Notes: a model not told the origin generated them from the letters alone. A stretch of 64,000 nucleotides of DNA from Oikopleura dioica (GCA_907165135.1 OU015567.1:8618001-8682000); one strand, 5' to 3'. Positions 35,601 through 49,200 are shown, numbered from the stretch's first letter. A program made the numbers and translations.

Positions 35601-38600
35601 TGGCTCCCAATGTCAATTGAACCCCGACGCCGAGTTTGGTTACGACTGCCTCTGCGAATGGCCCTATGCCCCGGATCCTGAGAGATTTGGAGAAGGTAAT
35701 TACCCGCGTCAGAAAACAACTTCAGCACCTTGCAATTTACGTTCATTAGTTTCTCGTTCCAAAAATGAAATTTTTATTATCAAAAATAAATCACGATCGT
35801 AGACGTGTAAACATTTTTTTTTATTTTCCAAAATTGATGTGAACTTTTGTCACAGTACCTGTAATTGACTTCATGGACGCGTTGACTTTTCTTTTTCGCC
35901 GGACCCATATTTTTCTAAAAAAACGCCGTGTGAATTTTTTTAACAAATTTTACCGTATCGAATCCCGAGGAAAAAGGCAACTGCAAGAAGAAAAATAAAA
36001 AGAAGTAAAAAGCGAAGTAAATCACTGATTTGGGTCTCTTTCAGGGACTCAAATAAGGTCTTCTTTTTGCGTTTATTCTCTTCAGATTTTAAATTTTCCT
36101 CATCTTCAGGAGAAATGTTTGCTTCTTTCAAAGTCATTTTCATTCTTTGGATAAGCTTGGCCTCAATAAAAGAGAAATGTGTAATCGATAAATGAGGATA
36201 TATCGATTATTTAACAATTTGTTGGATTTACGATCCGTTAATTAAAACACACGTGGAAAATAAGCCCTTTGAAACCCTTTAAAATATCTAAAATTACGCA
36301 ATAAGTACTGCCTAGAAATTACTGTTCCTTTAACATCACGAGAAGCGTAAAAAGCTTTTTTAGAAAAAATTATCGTTGCTGCTTGTTTTGAAAACCAACA
36401 GGTCGATTAGAAAGCTTAGATTAAATTTTAAGCTTATCAGGTTGAGCGTCGCCTCTAAATACTTAAATTTTATCGTGTATTTTTAGATAAACTTCCACTT
36501 GGACTAGCTGGCTATGGCGATAACAACGGTTGCGTAAGCGTCGATCACAGAAATACAGCACCAGATTATAAGGATAATCTGATTCTCTTCGGTGGTGGAT
36601 GGAACCCACAAACAGTCAGTGGGGAGACCCTTCCGAAACCACACTACCAGTATTATGGGTAAGATTAGTTAAATTTACATTTACATCTTTTCATATTCTA
36701 AATTTGCATTTTTGGGTTCTAAAGAAAAAGTTCAGTCTGAAATCCGAGTCGCCTCACAAATTCAAAGTCTCGTTTGCACCCCAGCGAATCCCAGCTACCG
36801 ATCCAGATGCGCACAAGGCCAAGTTCTACAACTGCATGATGAATATTGATGACAACAAAGTCATGGTTGTCGGCGGTCGCCCTGGGCAGTTCTTTGATAC
36901 TTTTGACGACAAAACGTACGTGTATCAATGGGACGAGGAAGCAGAGGGAATCGAAGAGGGAGGAAAATGGATCGACGTTGATGGAAACAGAATGGACGAT
37001 TCAAAAGAAGCCTGCGAGGGTCTAGCCGGCTGCGTTCGACAAAATGAATGGCCGGACTTGCCTTCAGTTTCAGTTTTGAATTGCCAGGGACAGTGTCGAA
37101 ACGGCGATGCAGGCAGAGGTCCTACTGATCCTCGATGGCTACACTCCTATTGCACCGTCTCCGCCGACTTCTGGAATGGCAACGACTGGGAAGCAAGAAC
37201 TTTTGAACTCTGTCAAAATCGACTGCTTGAGACATCATCTGAAGATGGAATCGCTGTCCGAGGGCTTGAAGGATTCTGGACTTCTGAAGAAAATCCAAAT
37301 TATCACAGCAACTGGGCCGAGTATCGCCGCCTCATTTTACTAACAAAGCCTTTCTACCATCAATCAAATCTGCACAGTCCTGATATCGAGACCGCGCAAA
37401 TGCTCAGCATCATGACCTATCAAGGAGAAGAGATAACAGTCACTCGAGAGCTCCGATGGAAATATCCAATGAACTCGACTCTTTACAATCCCATTCTCGG
37501 TCCCGTAACCTTTCGGGACATTATGGCAATCAACGGTTTACCAGACACTCGTCGGCCAAATTTCCGCGAATCGTTTAAAGACTACCTCGGCCCGGGACAA
37601 CCCGCCTGTGGCGTTATGGGAGACAAAGCGTACGTTGGATCTGGAAAATTTGCGAGACTGATTTCGCTTGAATACAACAATGCAAAGAGCGAAATTTGGC
37701 GCGTTGAAGAAGGATCAGAATTTCCATTCCCATTTAAAAAGAGCGATGGGTCGCAATGCCTCATGAACAATTTATGGGGAACAGACCCAGCTTTTTGGAG
37801 AAAAGATCAACTCCCTAACTTTAGGCAAAACTACGGAACAGTTGTTACTAATCAGGGTCTTTGGATCATTGGAGGATTGATGGCTGCTTCTTCGGATCTT
37901 CCTAATCGAGATTTGAACAAACGATACAACATTGAAGGTTGCACTAAACATGGTCACTTGCGAGACGTTTGGGTTTTCAATCCAAATGGCTGGTCCCGAT
38001 CAGAAATTCTCGGAGAAGCTGCGGGGAAGTACTCTGGCCTCGAAGCTAGCGAAATTCTCCCGCAAAAGATCGGCTATCCTTTCGGCCAAGACATGAAATC
38101 ACGAATATCGACGACCCTTGACCAGGATTTCGAAGAGTTCCATCTTTCTGACACTGCTGGCGGTAATTTCTCCCTGACAACCGACATCGCCATCGAAGAA
38201 GGCTGGCAATGCACAGGAGTCCAAGGGAAATGGTGCAGAAAACCCTACCTGCCGAGAGAAACAAAAGGTGCTGAAGCGTTTGTCATGTGCTTTGAACCCG
38301 GAACTGGCTCTGAAAAATTATCTTACACGAGAAGATACGCTACAAAAACGATACCTCGACGACCAAGAGTTTGTTCGGTTGAAGAAACTAAACACTCGGT
38401 AAGTCATTTTCCCAAGATTCTAAATAACAGGAGAGTTAGGATAATCGATGCATCTGCTACATTATGAACGTCTCTGGTCAATCAGGCCCAAAACAAACTG
38501 AAGGAGGCGCCGGTTTTAGACCAGAAGTAGACTACATCGAGATTCCAAGAGCTGATGGAACTTATGGCTCCGATCATGAGAGGTAATTAAATTTTCCCCG

Positions 38601-39244
38601 CCTTCTAAAAATTCCTCCTAACGAGGCGCACTTGTGATGACATTCTTTTTTAAGTTACGCTGAAGAACTCAAGGAGTATTGCCCAAATGCCGAAGCTTCT
38701 TTTCCAGAAGTCGATGAACCGATTGTTCATGGAAACGAATCTCCAGTAGCCGACTATACCGAATGCACAAATATCTGCGACGTGGAAGGCGCTCCAGATT
38801 GCAATCGAATTTGGAAGAAGAAAAATCTTCGACGAGCGTGGCACGAAGCTGGTAGAATCAAGCACGCAAGAATGGGCTTCCTCGCTGGCCAGATCAAAGG
38901 AGAGATCGTCATCTGGGGTGGCGAGTGCTACGGACCAACGACCCAGCGGCAATGGAATCTTGACGGTTCTCCAAGAGCGACGAGGGTTAATTTTCAGCCG
39001 AGAGCGTGCAAGGCCAACATTCAAAATGGAAAAGTCTTGAACGATGACTACATGGAGGTAGAGAGCAAAACATAGACAAATCATTCAATAAATTAAGGTC
39101 TTCTCGTTCTTACGAATGAACGCAGCTGGTTTCATTTTCGGCGAACGTCGGTACGTAGAACTGGAAGGCTACGTAAATGGACGAGTGAATCATGACGAAT
39201 CTGCTGTTGCCCAATCTTATAATGCCTTCAACAAAGCCTTTTAA
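32683..39244 (+). CDS. Secreted mosaic protein: signal peptide, PAN/apple, 2 TSP1, PAN/apple, EGF, kelch-like propeller
   Basis: Phase-consistent GT-AG exons from MKNCILTFLLLGENDA (32683) to ...YNAFNKAF* (39244). PAN motifs (CATECKNDPNCKAFTF...C; CIRICQLEEKANCLSVMF...C), TSP1 (WSSWG..C...CGEGVQRRTR; WTSWGLWSACSKTCGNSGTRTRFRGC), EGF (CDHNRCQSGSQC...YDCLC), kelch GG motifs (LILFGG, VMVVGG, LWIIGG, IVIWGG). Confidence 0.82.
35871..36161 (-). CDS. Small antisense transmembrane ORF/exon pair nested in intron 35696-36486 of the PAN/TSP1/kelch gene
   Basis: Strong acceptor catttctcttttattgag|GCC at 36161 is in frame with ATG 36143. It encodes a charged stretch followed by the TM segment LLRFLLLFIFLLAVAFFLGI. 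A 39-nt GT-AG intron (35953-35915) leads to EKYGSGEKEKSTRP*. Confidence 0.5.
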
Positions 39245-40249
39245 ATTTTCATCTGCCCAGAAATCGATAATTTATAATTCAAAAGAGGCCTGTAAATATT
39301 AACTGTATAAATGAACTTCACAATATTATATTACTGAATAAAGAAATTCGCGAAGAAATAACGAAACTTTTGTTGATTTAAATCTGGTCTCGCTAGGACA
39401 GCTTTTAAAATAAACTGAAGTTGGAACAACCTAGATTACTTCACGAAATCTTTCCGGTGCAAGATAAGCCCGGGGATTCCAGTTGCCGAAAGTTAACTGC
39501 CTGGGAGATTGAACTCGGATTATTTTTTATGTAAGTTGTCTCATCGCGAACCAGTTGGACACAATTTTTTGGAGAATTGATTTGATTTGAAATAGAAATG
39601 AAATTTCTACTGTTACTGCCCACTTTTTATTTTAGAAGCTCTCCGCGGTCGTCATTATTACGGTTTATAATCTCCATTATCTATATTCCGCCGGTGAATT
39701 TGAAGATTACCTGCTCACTTATCCGCCAATTTTTGGTCACAGGTGCTCGAATTTGACATTTTCTCTGATAAATTTTAGATTTCATTATTTGTGCCACTAT
39801 TTCTATTAGAAACCAATTGATTGCCAAGAATATGCAGGTCATGCAGAATTCTTTCAGTTCATCAAAAATATTAATTATGCTGTTTGGCAGTTTATTTGCT
39901 CAAAATACAATGTACAGTCAGAGTTATCTGATTTTTTTTTTGATAAAATAGAAATAGTAAAGTAGAAAGATTGAATAAGAAAATAGGATTCTGTCAAAAA
40001 TAAATAGGTCCCAGCAAAATTCATTTCTCAAATATTGATTTGATGAAATTTTTTCTTCACTGGATATTTGTACAAAAATAGACGAATTCATACAAAAATA
40101 GGGGATTCGTAGCAAAATAAGGCTCTTTTTGGTCGTTGGGAGAGATTTACAAGAGTAGAAAAATAGAGTTTTCTTTGAAATATTTTTGTTGTTTTTTTTA
40201 TAAAATGATAATTCAGGTAGCTCTCTGTGTATAAAAATAAGGATTTAAA

Positions 40250-43200
40250 TTAGTTTGTGGTGATGCTGTAAGCAGAAGTGGGCGATTCTTGCTCGGACTT
40301 GTACCCGTCTACCATGCGCCGGTACTGTTCAGATTCAAGCATTTGGATTTCGATGGCGTTTTGTTGTTGGGCAACGCGCATTCGGACTGTATCCCATCGA
40401 TCAAGAAGCATTGATGAGATGTTTTTCGCGATGTTTTGCGCTATAAAATTTAGTTTTTCAAAGCAATCTAAGAAAGGGGCCTCCTCTAACAGGGGTTTAA
40501 ATCCTTCGAGTTAGTACAGTAAAACTTACAGTTGAAATCCGGCGCTTTAGCAGCAATCGAGCTTGTTTGATCGTCGCACTTTTCGAGATCTGGGTAGATA
40601 TCATCCAGCCGATTGCTCAACAAGTCCGCTCGTTCCATTTGAGCATCGAGTGTGCCGCCAGATTGGGTCTAGTCACAGTTTTATGACTCTATAAATTACT
40701 GTAAGTCTCACCTGTAGTACTTGTTCGCACTCATCAAGCGCCGTCGCCGAGTTCTGGCATAATCTCTGGAATTCTGGCGCGAAGGTGAGTTGCTCCAGCG
40801 CAGCAGCCAAATCTGTCGATTTCAGGCTTCTGGTGGAGCTGGTAGTCGTCCTGTTTGTAGGAGGACCTTGCGCATGGTGCCCATTAGCGAACTGGGGCGA
40901 GGTTGAAATCGTCGCCGGCGATTTTATACTCGCTGGGGAACGAGATGGCGCCACGCGAGGGGTCCAGCTGCTCTGCGGGCTGTCGTTGTTCGTCCAATAC
41001 TCGGCCGAGGCGCCACCAGTATTGTTGCTCGCTACGACGAGCAAGGGCTCCAATTTGGTCGCTTGAGGAAGTGGAGCATCACCGGTTCCATTTAGCGCAG
41101 GTGCAGATGTTTTTTGAACACTTGAAGTTGCTGGCGAAATGGATTTATTGGAAAACCTCGGCGAGTGCTTCTTCGGCGGGTTCGATACCTCCGAGATTTT
41201 CTGGCTCATCTTAGCCGATTGGACAGCTGCTTTGAGCTGCTTATGTAGCTCTTTGTAATCCTCGAGCTGCTGCGACAAGAGCTTGGACTCGCCAAGATCG
41301 GCAAAGGTAAAACTTCGGAGCTTTTTTCGCAGTCGTTCTACTTCCGAATACGACGCTTCTGGTGAGAGTTTGCTTGAAACTGGTGTTTTGGAGCTGGTTG
41401 TCATGGGACTGGGCGTATCTGAATTTTAAAATATTTTAATCTTCCGGCATCAAGAAAGAATTTTTTAATGAAGCGATTAAATGTCCGAAAATCATCAATC
41501 GAGAAAATAAAAATTCCCTGAAAACCGCAAAGACGAGCAAATATAAAATTCGAAATGGAATTCGGCCTCGGGAGGCATAAAAAAATAACCTCGACAGTAG
41601 ACTATTTGCAAGGTTATTGACTACAAATGAGCACTTAAATATCACGTGAGGGGAAAATTCACGGCGGTATTTGACGAAGGAAATAGGGAGACAAAGGTAG
41701 CCCGGGAGTGGGTGTCAGTCTGTTTGGTAAGGGAACGAATCAATGATGCTAGCTAAGAATGAATTGCTTACCGTTTGGTGGTGTAATTTGAATAACAGGG
41801 GTCGAAACAGTAAGTGGCTTGTTGACCGATCGAACGAGTTTATCCTGCGCTTCACGGATATCGGATCCCCAGCTCTTCGCATTACTCGACAGCTCTCGAA
41901 GCTTATCGGCCCGTGCACGCAGTCGCGAACTTGTGCAATTCGCGCTGTCTGCTGCTAGCGATAACTGCTGCTCCATTGGTCTTCGTTTTTTCGATTCCTC
42001 TGAAAACTCGAGTCAAAAAGCTGTTCTGATAATTTCAAAGCAGTAATGATCAAATGGCAGTGCTGGCATTGCCCGAGGCCTGTGTTTGCTCGGCAGAGAC
42101 AGGCACATAGGGCATAGTGTCTTTTCACGCTCTGTACAAATACAACAGAATCAGAATACAGCCGATTTACAACAATAGTCTTTCTTACGAGACAAGTGGC
42201 CTCTTGGGATTATGATTCGCTAAAGACTTTTGAGTCTTTGAAAAATACTCTTCGTTGATTTCAATTGACATTCGTACCTTTGAGTTGTTTAGAAACGCCA
42301 GAAAGTCGGTCGGCAAGAGCAACAAGCTCAAAATACTTCTGGTCAATAGTTGAAGCGTTCATTTCCGGCTCAGCTTCCCGCTCGATCGAGTTCAATTCCG
42401 ATGTTGCTAAAGTGGCAAGATGGTCGGCTTTGCGCAGCAGGGATTCTACTTCCTCGTCCTTTTCCGCAGCCTAAAAAGAACATCGATATTATGTCAGTAA
42501 ATCTAGGAACTGAGTGCTATCAAGATCTTGAAAGCTCATAAAGCGCATTTTTGCAAATGTTGATTTTCTTTATTGCACTTTTTTCTCACGAATGTAATTC
42601 TCACCTCACAAAATTCAATTCAAACACGAGATTAGAAGTTCCGTTCAAACTTTGAAGGACCAAAAATAAAGCTCTGAGTTGAGCATATTTGCGCAATAAA
42701 TATTGCCAGTCCAATTGAATTGACAAAACCAAAAAATGCTCTTTTGTCAACGGCGGGAGGCACTTATCATTCAGTCAATTACTGTAATTCACCGTAAAAA
42801 AGTGGCTTTCGGAATAGAGTTATCCTATTTGAGCACAAAAGAGGCAGTTTTAATCCCTATTGTGAGATTTTTCTTTGCGGTCAAGTGATTTAAAAGTGTC
42901 CCAAAAAATTTTTTGTACCTTTTCAAGTTGTTTATCTCGAAGATCAGCTAGCTGTTGCACTCGGCTCATCTGCTGACAGGCTGTTTTCAAGACCTCAGGA
43001 AGAACAGAGTCCTAAGAATGAGAATCAAATATGATCTAAGCATTCTGAAAGATACCTCTTTAGTACCAGAAGTAGCCTCCGCTTCGAGTCTCAACAATTC
43101 AAGATGGAGCTCGTCCAGTTTGCTGTGTAGTTTTTCTTGCTTTTTCGTGGCGACCTTGAGATCTGTATCATCGCCGACAGGATCTGATAGCTGTAGCTCT

Positions 43201-46200
43201 GCATCTTGCAAAGCAGTCATCAACGTCACTAGTTTAACACCAGCTTCCTCTCGCTTGGCAACTGTACTGCGCAACTGAGAACAAGCAGATTCGATGTTTT
43301 TCTTGGCAAGAGAGAACTCTCGCTGGAGGGATGAAATCATTGAGCCGAGCTCTTTTGGTGGGGTTTTGTCAGAATAAAGCTTTGCGGCTTCTTTCCCGGC
43401 TGCAAAGACTTCTTTTTCCTTTTGGCAGATTTGACGATGGAGGGATTTTAGTTGGTCAATTTCCAAATGTTCCAAATCAGCTAAAAATGATTCAATTAGT
43501 CTTAAATACTGGAGATTTCTTACATGGATCAGTGATAACCGAGAGGAGGTTTTCATCAAACCAAGATTTTAGCTGGTTCAATTTTTTGAACGCCGCTTCT
43601 TTCAGCTCTGCTGAATCGATTTCATCCTTGACCAGGTCTTCCAAGAGATCCTTCTGATATTGCGCGCGTGAATGTAAACGCTGATGAAGAACTGTGCCCA
43701 CGTGACCGAGGGGAATGCTCATGTGTTCCAGTTGCAAGATTTCGTCGATCGTCTCGTTAGATTTATCCAAGAGCTTCTCGAACTTGTTTTCGGAAGATTT
43801 GAACCCGGAAGATTTTTCTTTATCAAGAGAATTGGCGATTTCGTCGAGCGAGGATTCAATTTTCGCCGCCATTGGCTCAACAATTGACCACCTGCTTGCC
43901 TTAGCTTCCAACTCTGTTCGAATCATCGCGGCGTTAGATTTCGTTTCATCCCAGCGCTCATTGAGAACCTGAAAAGAAATCTTATTGTTGCAAAGTACTA
44001 ATTTTTTACCTCGTATGCAGAAAGAAGCGATTGCTGAGAGCCAAGCGCTGCGGCAACTTGATCGAGTTGCTCCAATCGTTCCTCGCAACACTTGCTCATT
44101 TCATCGGTGTAGCATCTGAACGCTTCAGCAAGATTCGTTGCTTCCGTCGCATTCTGAGAATTGGCGTCTTTGTAGTTGTTACAGAATTGATCCGCCATTT
44201 TGAGCTCCTCGCGAATTTCATTGATGACTTTCTCGCAGCTCTGCCATGCGGCAGCAGCATCGCTGATGTCTGATTTCATTCCAGAAGCTTGGTTCAACAG
44301 TTGATTCGCTTTTTGTCGTATGATAGTGATAGCTTCTTTGACACGGTCTTGGGCGAGATGATTTGTTGATGGAGAGAGGGAGAGACACTGGCTTGCTGCT
44401 TCGAATTCGTTCAATTTATCAATCAGAACTGATTGAACATCTTCCAGTTCTTGATCAGTGAATTTGAGCTCGTCCTGATCTGGCATCACAAAACCATTAC
44501 AGTCAGATTCAATCAGATCTAATCGAGCAGAAGCAGCGCCCAATTGACCGGAAACAGAGTTTAATCTTTCAGCGTAGGTCTGTCTGGCAGACAAAGCTTC
44601 AGACATGAGTTTCTTTTGCGAATCAAAGTCGGATAGCAAGCTTGGTTTAAGAGTTTCCAAGGTTTTTCTGGCATTGTCACGCTCATCGTCTGGAATTCGC
44701 TCATCTTCCTCCACTGCTAGAAGTTTTTCGAGATGATCAAGCCTCGAGACGGTCTCGTCTTCCAGAAGGTTGAGTCTCACGATCATTTTTTGAACTTCAG
44801 AGACCTGCAGTGGGAGACTTTGCGGCGCTGTTATGGCGATTTGAGTCTCTCGGAGCCATTTGAGCTCACTAGAAATAATTGAACTAAAGTCTCTGAGGCC
44901 AGCGAGTTTTGACTGGCACTCGCGAATGATCGCGTTGCACTCAGCCATGTGTCGACCGACTTTGTCGTTGATTTGGCTGATTCTGTTAGGCTCATTGTTT
45001 CCGAGTTTCTGTGCGAGAATCGTGATTTCCTTCAAATCTTGGCGAAGTTTCGCAAGATCTGCGATTGTCACGTGGCAGCAAGCGAGTTTCTTTTCAATTT
45101 CATCTTCTTTTGGCGAAGACATGGAAGAAAAGGCGACTGGGGTGGCAATATCGTCAAGAGTACTAGCGGCTGATTCATATTTACATTCGTACTCTTCTTT
45201 TAGCTTTGCGATTTCTTCCTCCCTGGCGAGGAGTTCACGGGCGATGTGCTCTTGTTGATGGAATTTTGTCAAGAGTTTCAAATGCCTTTCTGCTTGCCAT
45301 GGCTGTCCAGCTTGCTTGAGCGACTCTTTCATCGAACGAAGTTCTTCGATATCAGGCCGGATTTTGTCCAGCAAGTCACTCATCTCCTTCGGCGAGGATT
45401 GTTTAGCGGCTACTTCTGATAAGAACGCTTCGACTTGGGCAGTTGTTCGCTCGTACTCGCGGCGGGAAGTGATGAGTTTCTCAGTCATTTCTGCTTTTTT
45501 CGCGGCGTTGGCTTGTATGCTAAAAATGTGTAATCAAATGCTGGTTTAAAAAAATTTACTTGTCAAGTTTCTGTTTTGACTTTTCAATGCGCTCTTGGAG
45601 AATGTTGATTTCTTGAGGAGGACTTGTGTCTGAGATCTCGTGGGCTTTGGATTTGACTGTTCGAAGAACATTTGCAATTTCAGGGATTTCGCGCTCCAGC
45701 TGATTGTATTGCTATTTTTGGATATTTAGATTACAGAGAAGTTGTTTTTTTATGAGAAGAAAATAGAAGTTCTAAATGAATTCTATTGATGATGACGATT
45801 TCAACGTGAAATGATGGGATTTTTACAAAACATAAGTTTTCACGATGCTAAAAAATACCGGTTGATCTATCCACTGTTCCTTTAGCTGCGTTTCTAGCTC
45901 AGCGATGGTGCCTGCCGACGATTCTGGGGTCAACTGAACTTCTGCTTCTTGAAGCCATCGCTTGACTCTGTTGAAATCGGCGTTGCACAATTCTCGCATC
46001 GCGAGTGCATGTTGCAAGTCCTTGGTGATATTGTCGCACTCGGATCGAAGTTTTTGGTAGCGCTCTTCAAGATCTAACGCAAAGTTTTAGTAAATTATTT
46101 TAAAAGAAAAAATCAATTAGCAAAAGAAAATATATTTGTTAGTGTCCACTCTGCTACAGAACAATATAGAAAAAGCAAACCCAAACATATTTCACCTAAG

Positions 46201-49200
46201 CCACCTAGTGGCGCCCCATCACGTGCAGTTGAAATAATGGTGCGGAATTTAAGAACCCTTCTTAATTTATTCTGACCTTTAACATAAACCGCATCGTCAG
46301 CTGTTTCCTTCACAAGGACCTTAAAATTAATTAAGACTTTGAAACAAGATGTAATTACCTTTAGTGAGCCAACTTTGGCCGTCAACTCTTCTAGTGGTTT
46401 TTGTCGACTAAGGAGCTCTCTGGTAAAGTTCTTGTAGTGGCTGATGAGCTTCGCCATTGAGTCCGGATTGACAGGGAAGAGTTTGAGGCGGAGTTCCATT
46501 CGTTTTTCGGCTTGGTCCATCCAGGAATTCAGCTCGCGGCCTTGGTTGTACCACCGCTCGTGATGTGCTTTGAGTTCCTCGAGCTTTGCGATCCGCTCAT
46601 CTACGGCGCTCATCGCCGAGTCAAGTATTTCTTCTGCTTTAGAATCAGTCGAATCAATCTCTTCCTGCTCAATAGTCGAAAAACCAAGCTTCACTGCTGC
46701 TAATTGAATCTGCCGCAATTGCTGGAATTGTGAGTTGAGTTGAGCAAGCTCCTGCTGCGCTGCACAAGCTTTTTTCAATTGCTCCTCCAATTCAGCGATT
46801 GAAGAGTTTTGCTCGACGGGGATCGTAGTCTCCGCCAATTTCTTCTGCGCTGCTTCGATGAATTGTGCAAGTTTCTTTACAAAATCACACTTTTCATTTA
46901 TCAAATCGCGCAAATGAGCCGAGCGGTTTTCAGAGCGGCTGATGATGTCAACAAGTCGAGATTTTTGATCGTTGACGATTGTTTGCCCATTCTCGTATTG
47001 AGTCGGCTGAAGCAATGATCGAATGCTACCCAAGTCGGTGACGACTTTTGAAATTGGACCGGTAATACTCTTTGCTCGATCGACGAGCTCTTCGAACCTG
47101 GCAAGCCTGGTTTCTGAGTTTTTATCGATCTTCGAGTTTTCAGAAAACTCAGACTGAAGTTGCTCAAGCTCTCGGTTGTAGGCAACTATTTGGACTTGAA
47201 TACCTTTCGCCGCTTCGATCGATTCATGCATCTCATCGAGTTCTTTTTCGGCTCTTTCTTGAAGCACTTCGAGTCGGGCTTTCAGCTGCTCAACTTCCTT
47301 TACTTGATCGAGCTCGTTCAATTTCTCCTTGAAATCCATGCACTCGTGAATGATGATATTGAGGTCTTTAGCCTTTGCTTCCAGAATTGGAACAGCTTCT
47401 TCGAAGGATGATCCGCTATCATGGAGATCAGTGAGCGATTCAAGTTGATTCTCAGCTTTGTGGAGCCAGGCGTCAATGTCTGCGATTGTTTCTTGCTCGT
47501 GGTCCCATTTTTCGATATCTCTCTTGATGGATTGAACTTTTCCAAGTCTCTGTTGATCCACGGCTTTTGCCTCGTTCATGACATTCTTGCCTTCTTGAGA
47601 ATCAGGTTGCTCGTGAGTGAATTCCTCACACCAGCGGATTATTTCCTGCATGTCAAATTTGATGTTCTCAAGCTGATCGAGTTGGCGGGCTGCTTGAGCT
47701 TGATCCTGAGCTTTTGGCATGTTGGAGATTGCGTTTCGTGCTTTCGACAGAGTTTGCATGTAATCCTTGACTTCTGTATTGCGATCTTTCGACTCGACAA
47801 TATCTCGTTGGCATTTAGCCAGAAGTTCCGCGACTTTCTGGTGCATTCCATTTGCTGCATCGACCAGTGGCTGCATTTTTTGATAACGGGAGTCGTCTAA
47901 TTCTGCCGCTCGGGCTGCAGAAACAGATTTTTGGAACGCTTCGACGTCTTGAAGGAGAATGGTCGCTTGAGACTCGCGTTCTAGCGCTGGCTCAGAGCAA
48001 TTGAGTATTTGCTCCTCAAGCTCTCCGATGTGAAAAGATAACTGGAACATTGTTCGCTCCAATTTTTGAATCTCCGCGAGATAGTGATTGACAGCGTCGA
48101 TTCCTTTGGATACATCATCTGCTTGTCGCCTGAGTTCCCTACCAAGCTCTTTGAACTTTCCTTGTTGTTTGTAGAAATGAGGAGCAACTTTGTCTTGAAT
48201 TTCGAGGGGCATTTTCCCAAGACGGAATTCGGCCTCGATGAATTTCTCCTTCTCACGAGCGTGATCTTTGATTTGAGCGCTGAGCTCTGCTTGCTTTTTC
48301 TTCAGCTCGCCGAGTTCTTTGCTCTCACCGATTGGATTTGAGTTCAGTTTCTTGTCCGCTTTTTCGAGGAACTGATCGATGTGTTTCTGAGCATGATCGT
48401 AATCGCACCAGTGAGCTCTTGTTTTTGTCGTTCTTCGCTGAGCAGATTGAAGTTTAGCGTAGAATTCTTGATAGCTGTCGTTGACCGATTTGCCCATTTT
48501 CTTGATGTCGCAAATTGTCGACTCAGAAAGAGGGGAACGGTTTCCTCCAGCGACGACTCGGTCACATTTGTCAACGAGACCGACAATAACGGCCCTTCGA
48601 GTCTCGCACTCGGTTATTAGCTGGTGAAGTGTTTGGAGTACTTCTTCTAAATGATCTCCCGGGTAGGGAATATTTTCGGGTGGAGTGATGGCCTCGATGA
48701 ACGTTTCATTGCTAACTTGAATCCATTGTTCGATATCTTCGATATTCAGTGAGATTTCATGAAGAGCGGATGCGGCGAGTTCGGCAGATTTTAATTTTGA
48801 CTTCGTTTGTCCGAGTAAGTTTTGGAACTTGGTCGATAGATCGTTGATTTCGATGGTGATTGCTAGATCAAGGCGACTTTTGTCCATGAGCTGACTTGCT
48901 GTTTCCGTGATTGCGTCCTTAGTCTCTTTCTTCGCCATAAACTCGTTGACCATCGATTGTAGTTCTGAGACGATGACTGGAGCATTGTTAGATTTGTCTT
49001 CGTTGATGATGATCTTGTTTCGGCTGGAGTCTTTGAGAACATCATTTTGTGATTCAAGCCATTTCAATAAGTCTTGAACACTTTTTCGCAAAAGCTCGAT
49101 TTCAGTCTTCCTCTCATTGAGTTCGCAGATTCCTGATTTCACAGAACTTTTGAGCTGCTGCCACTCATCGATGATTGGATTGTTGTACGCATCCTGACAT

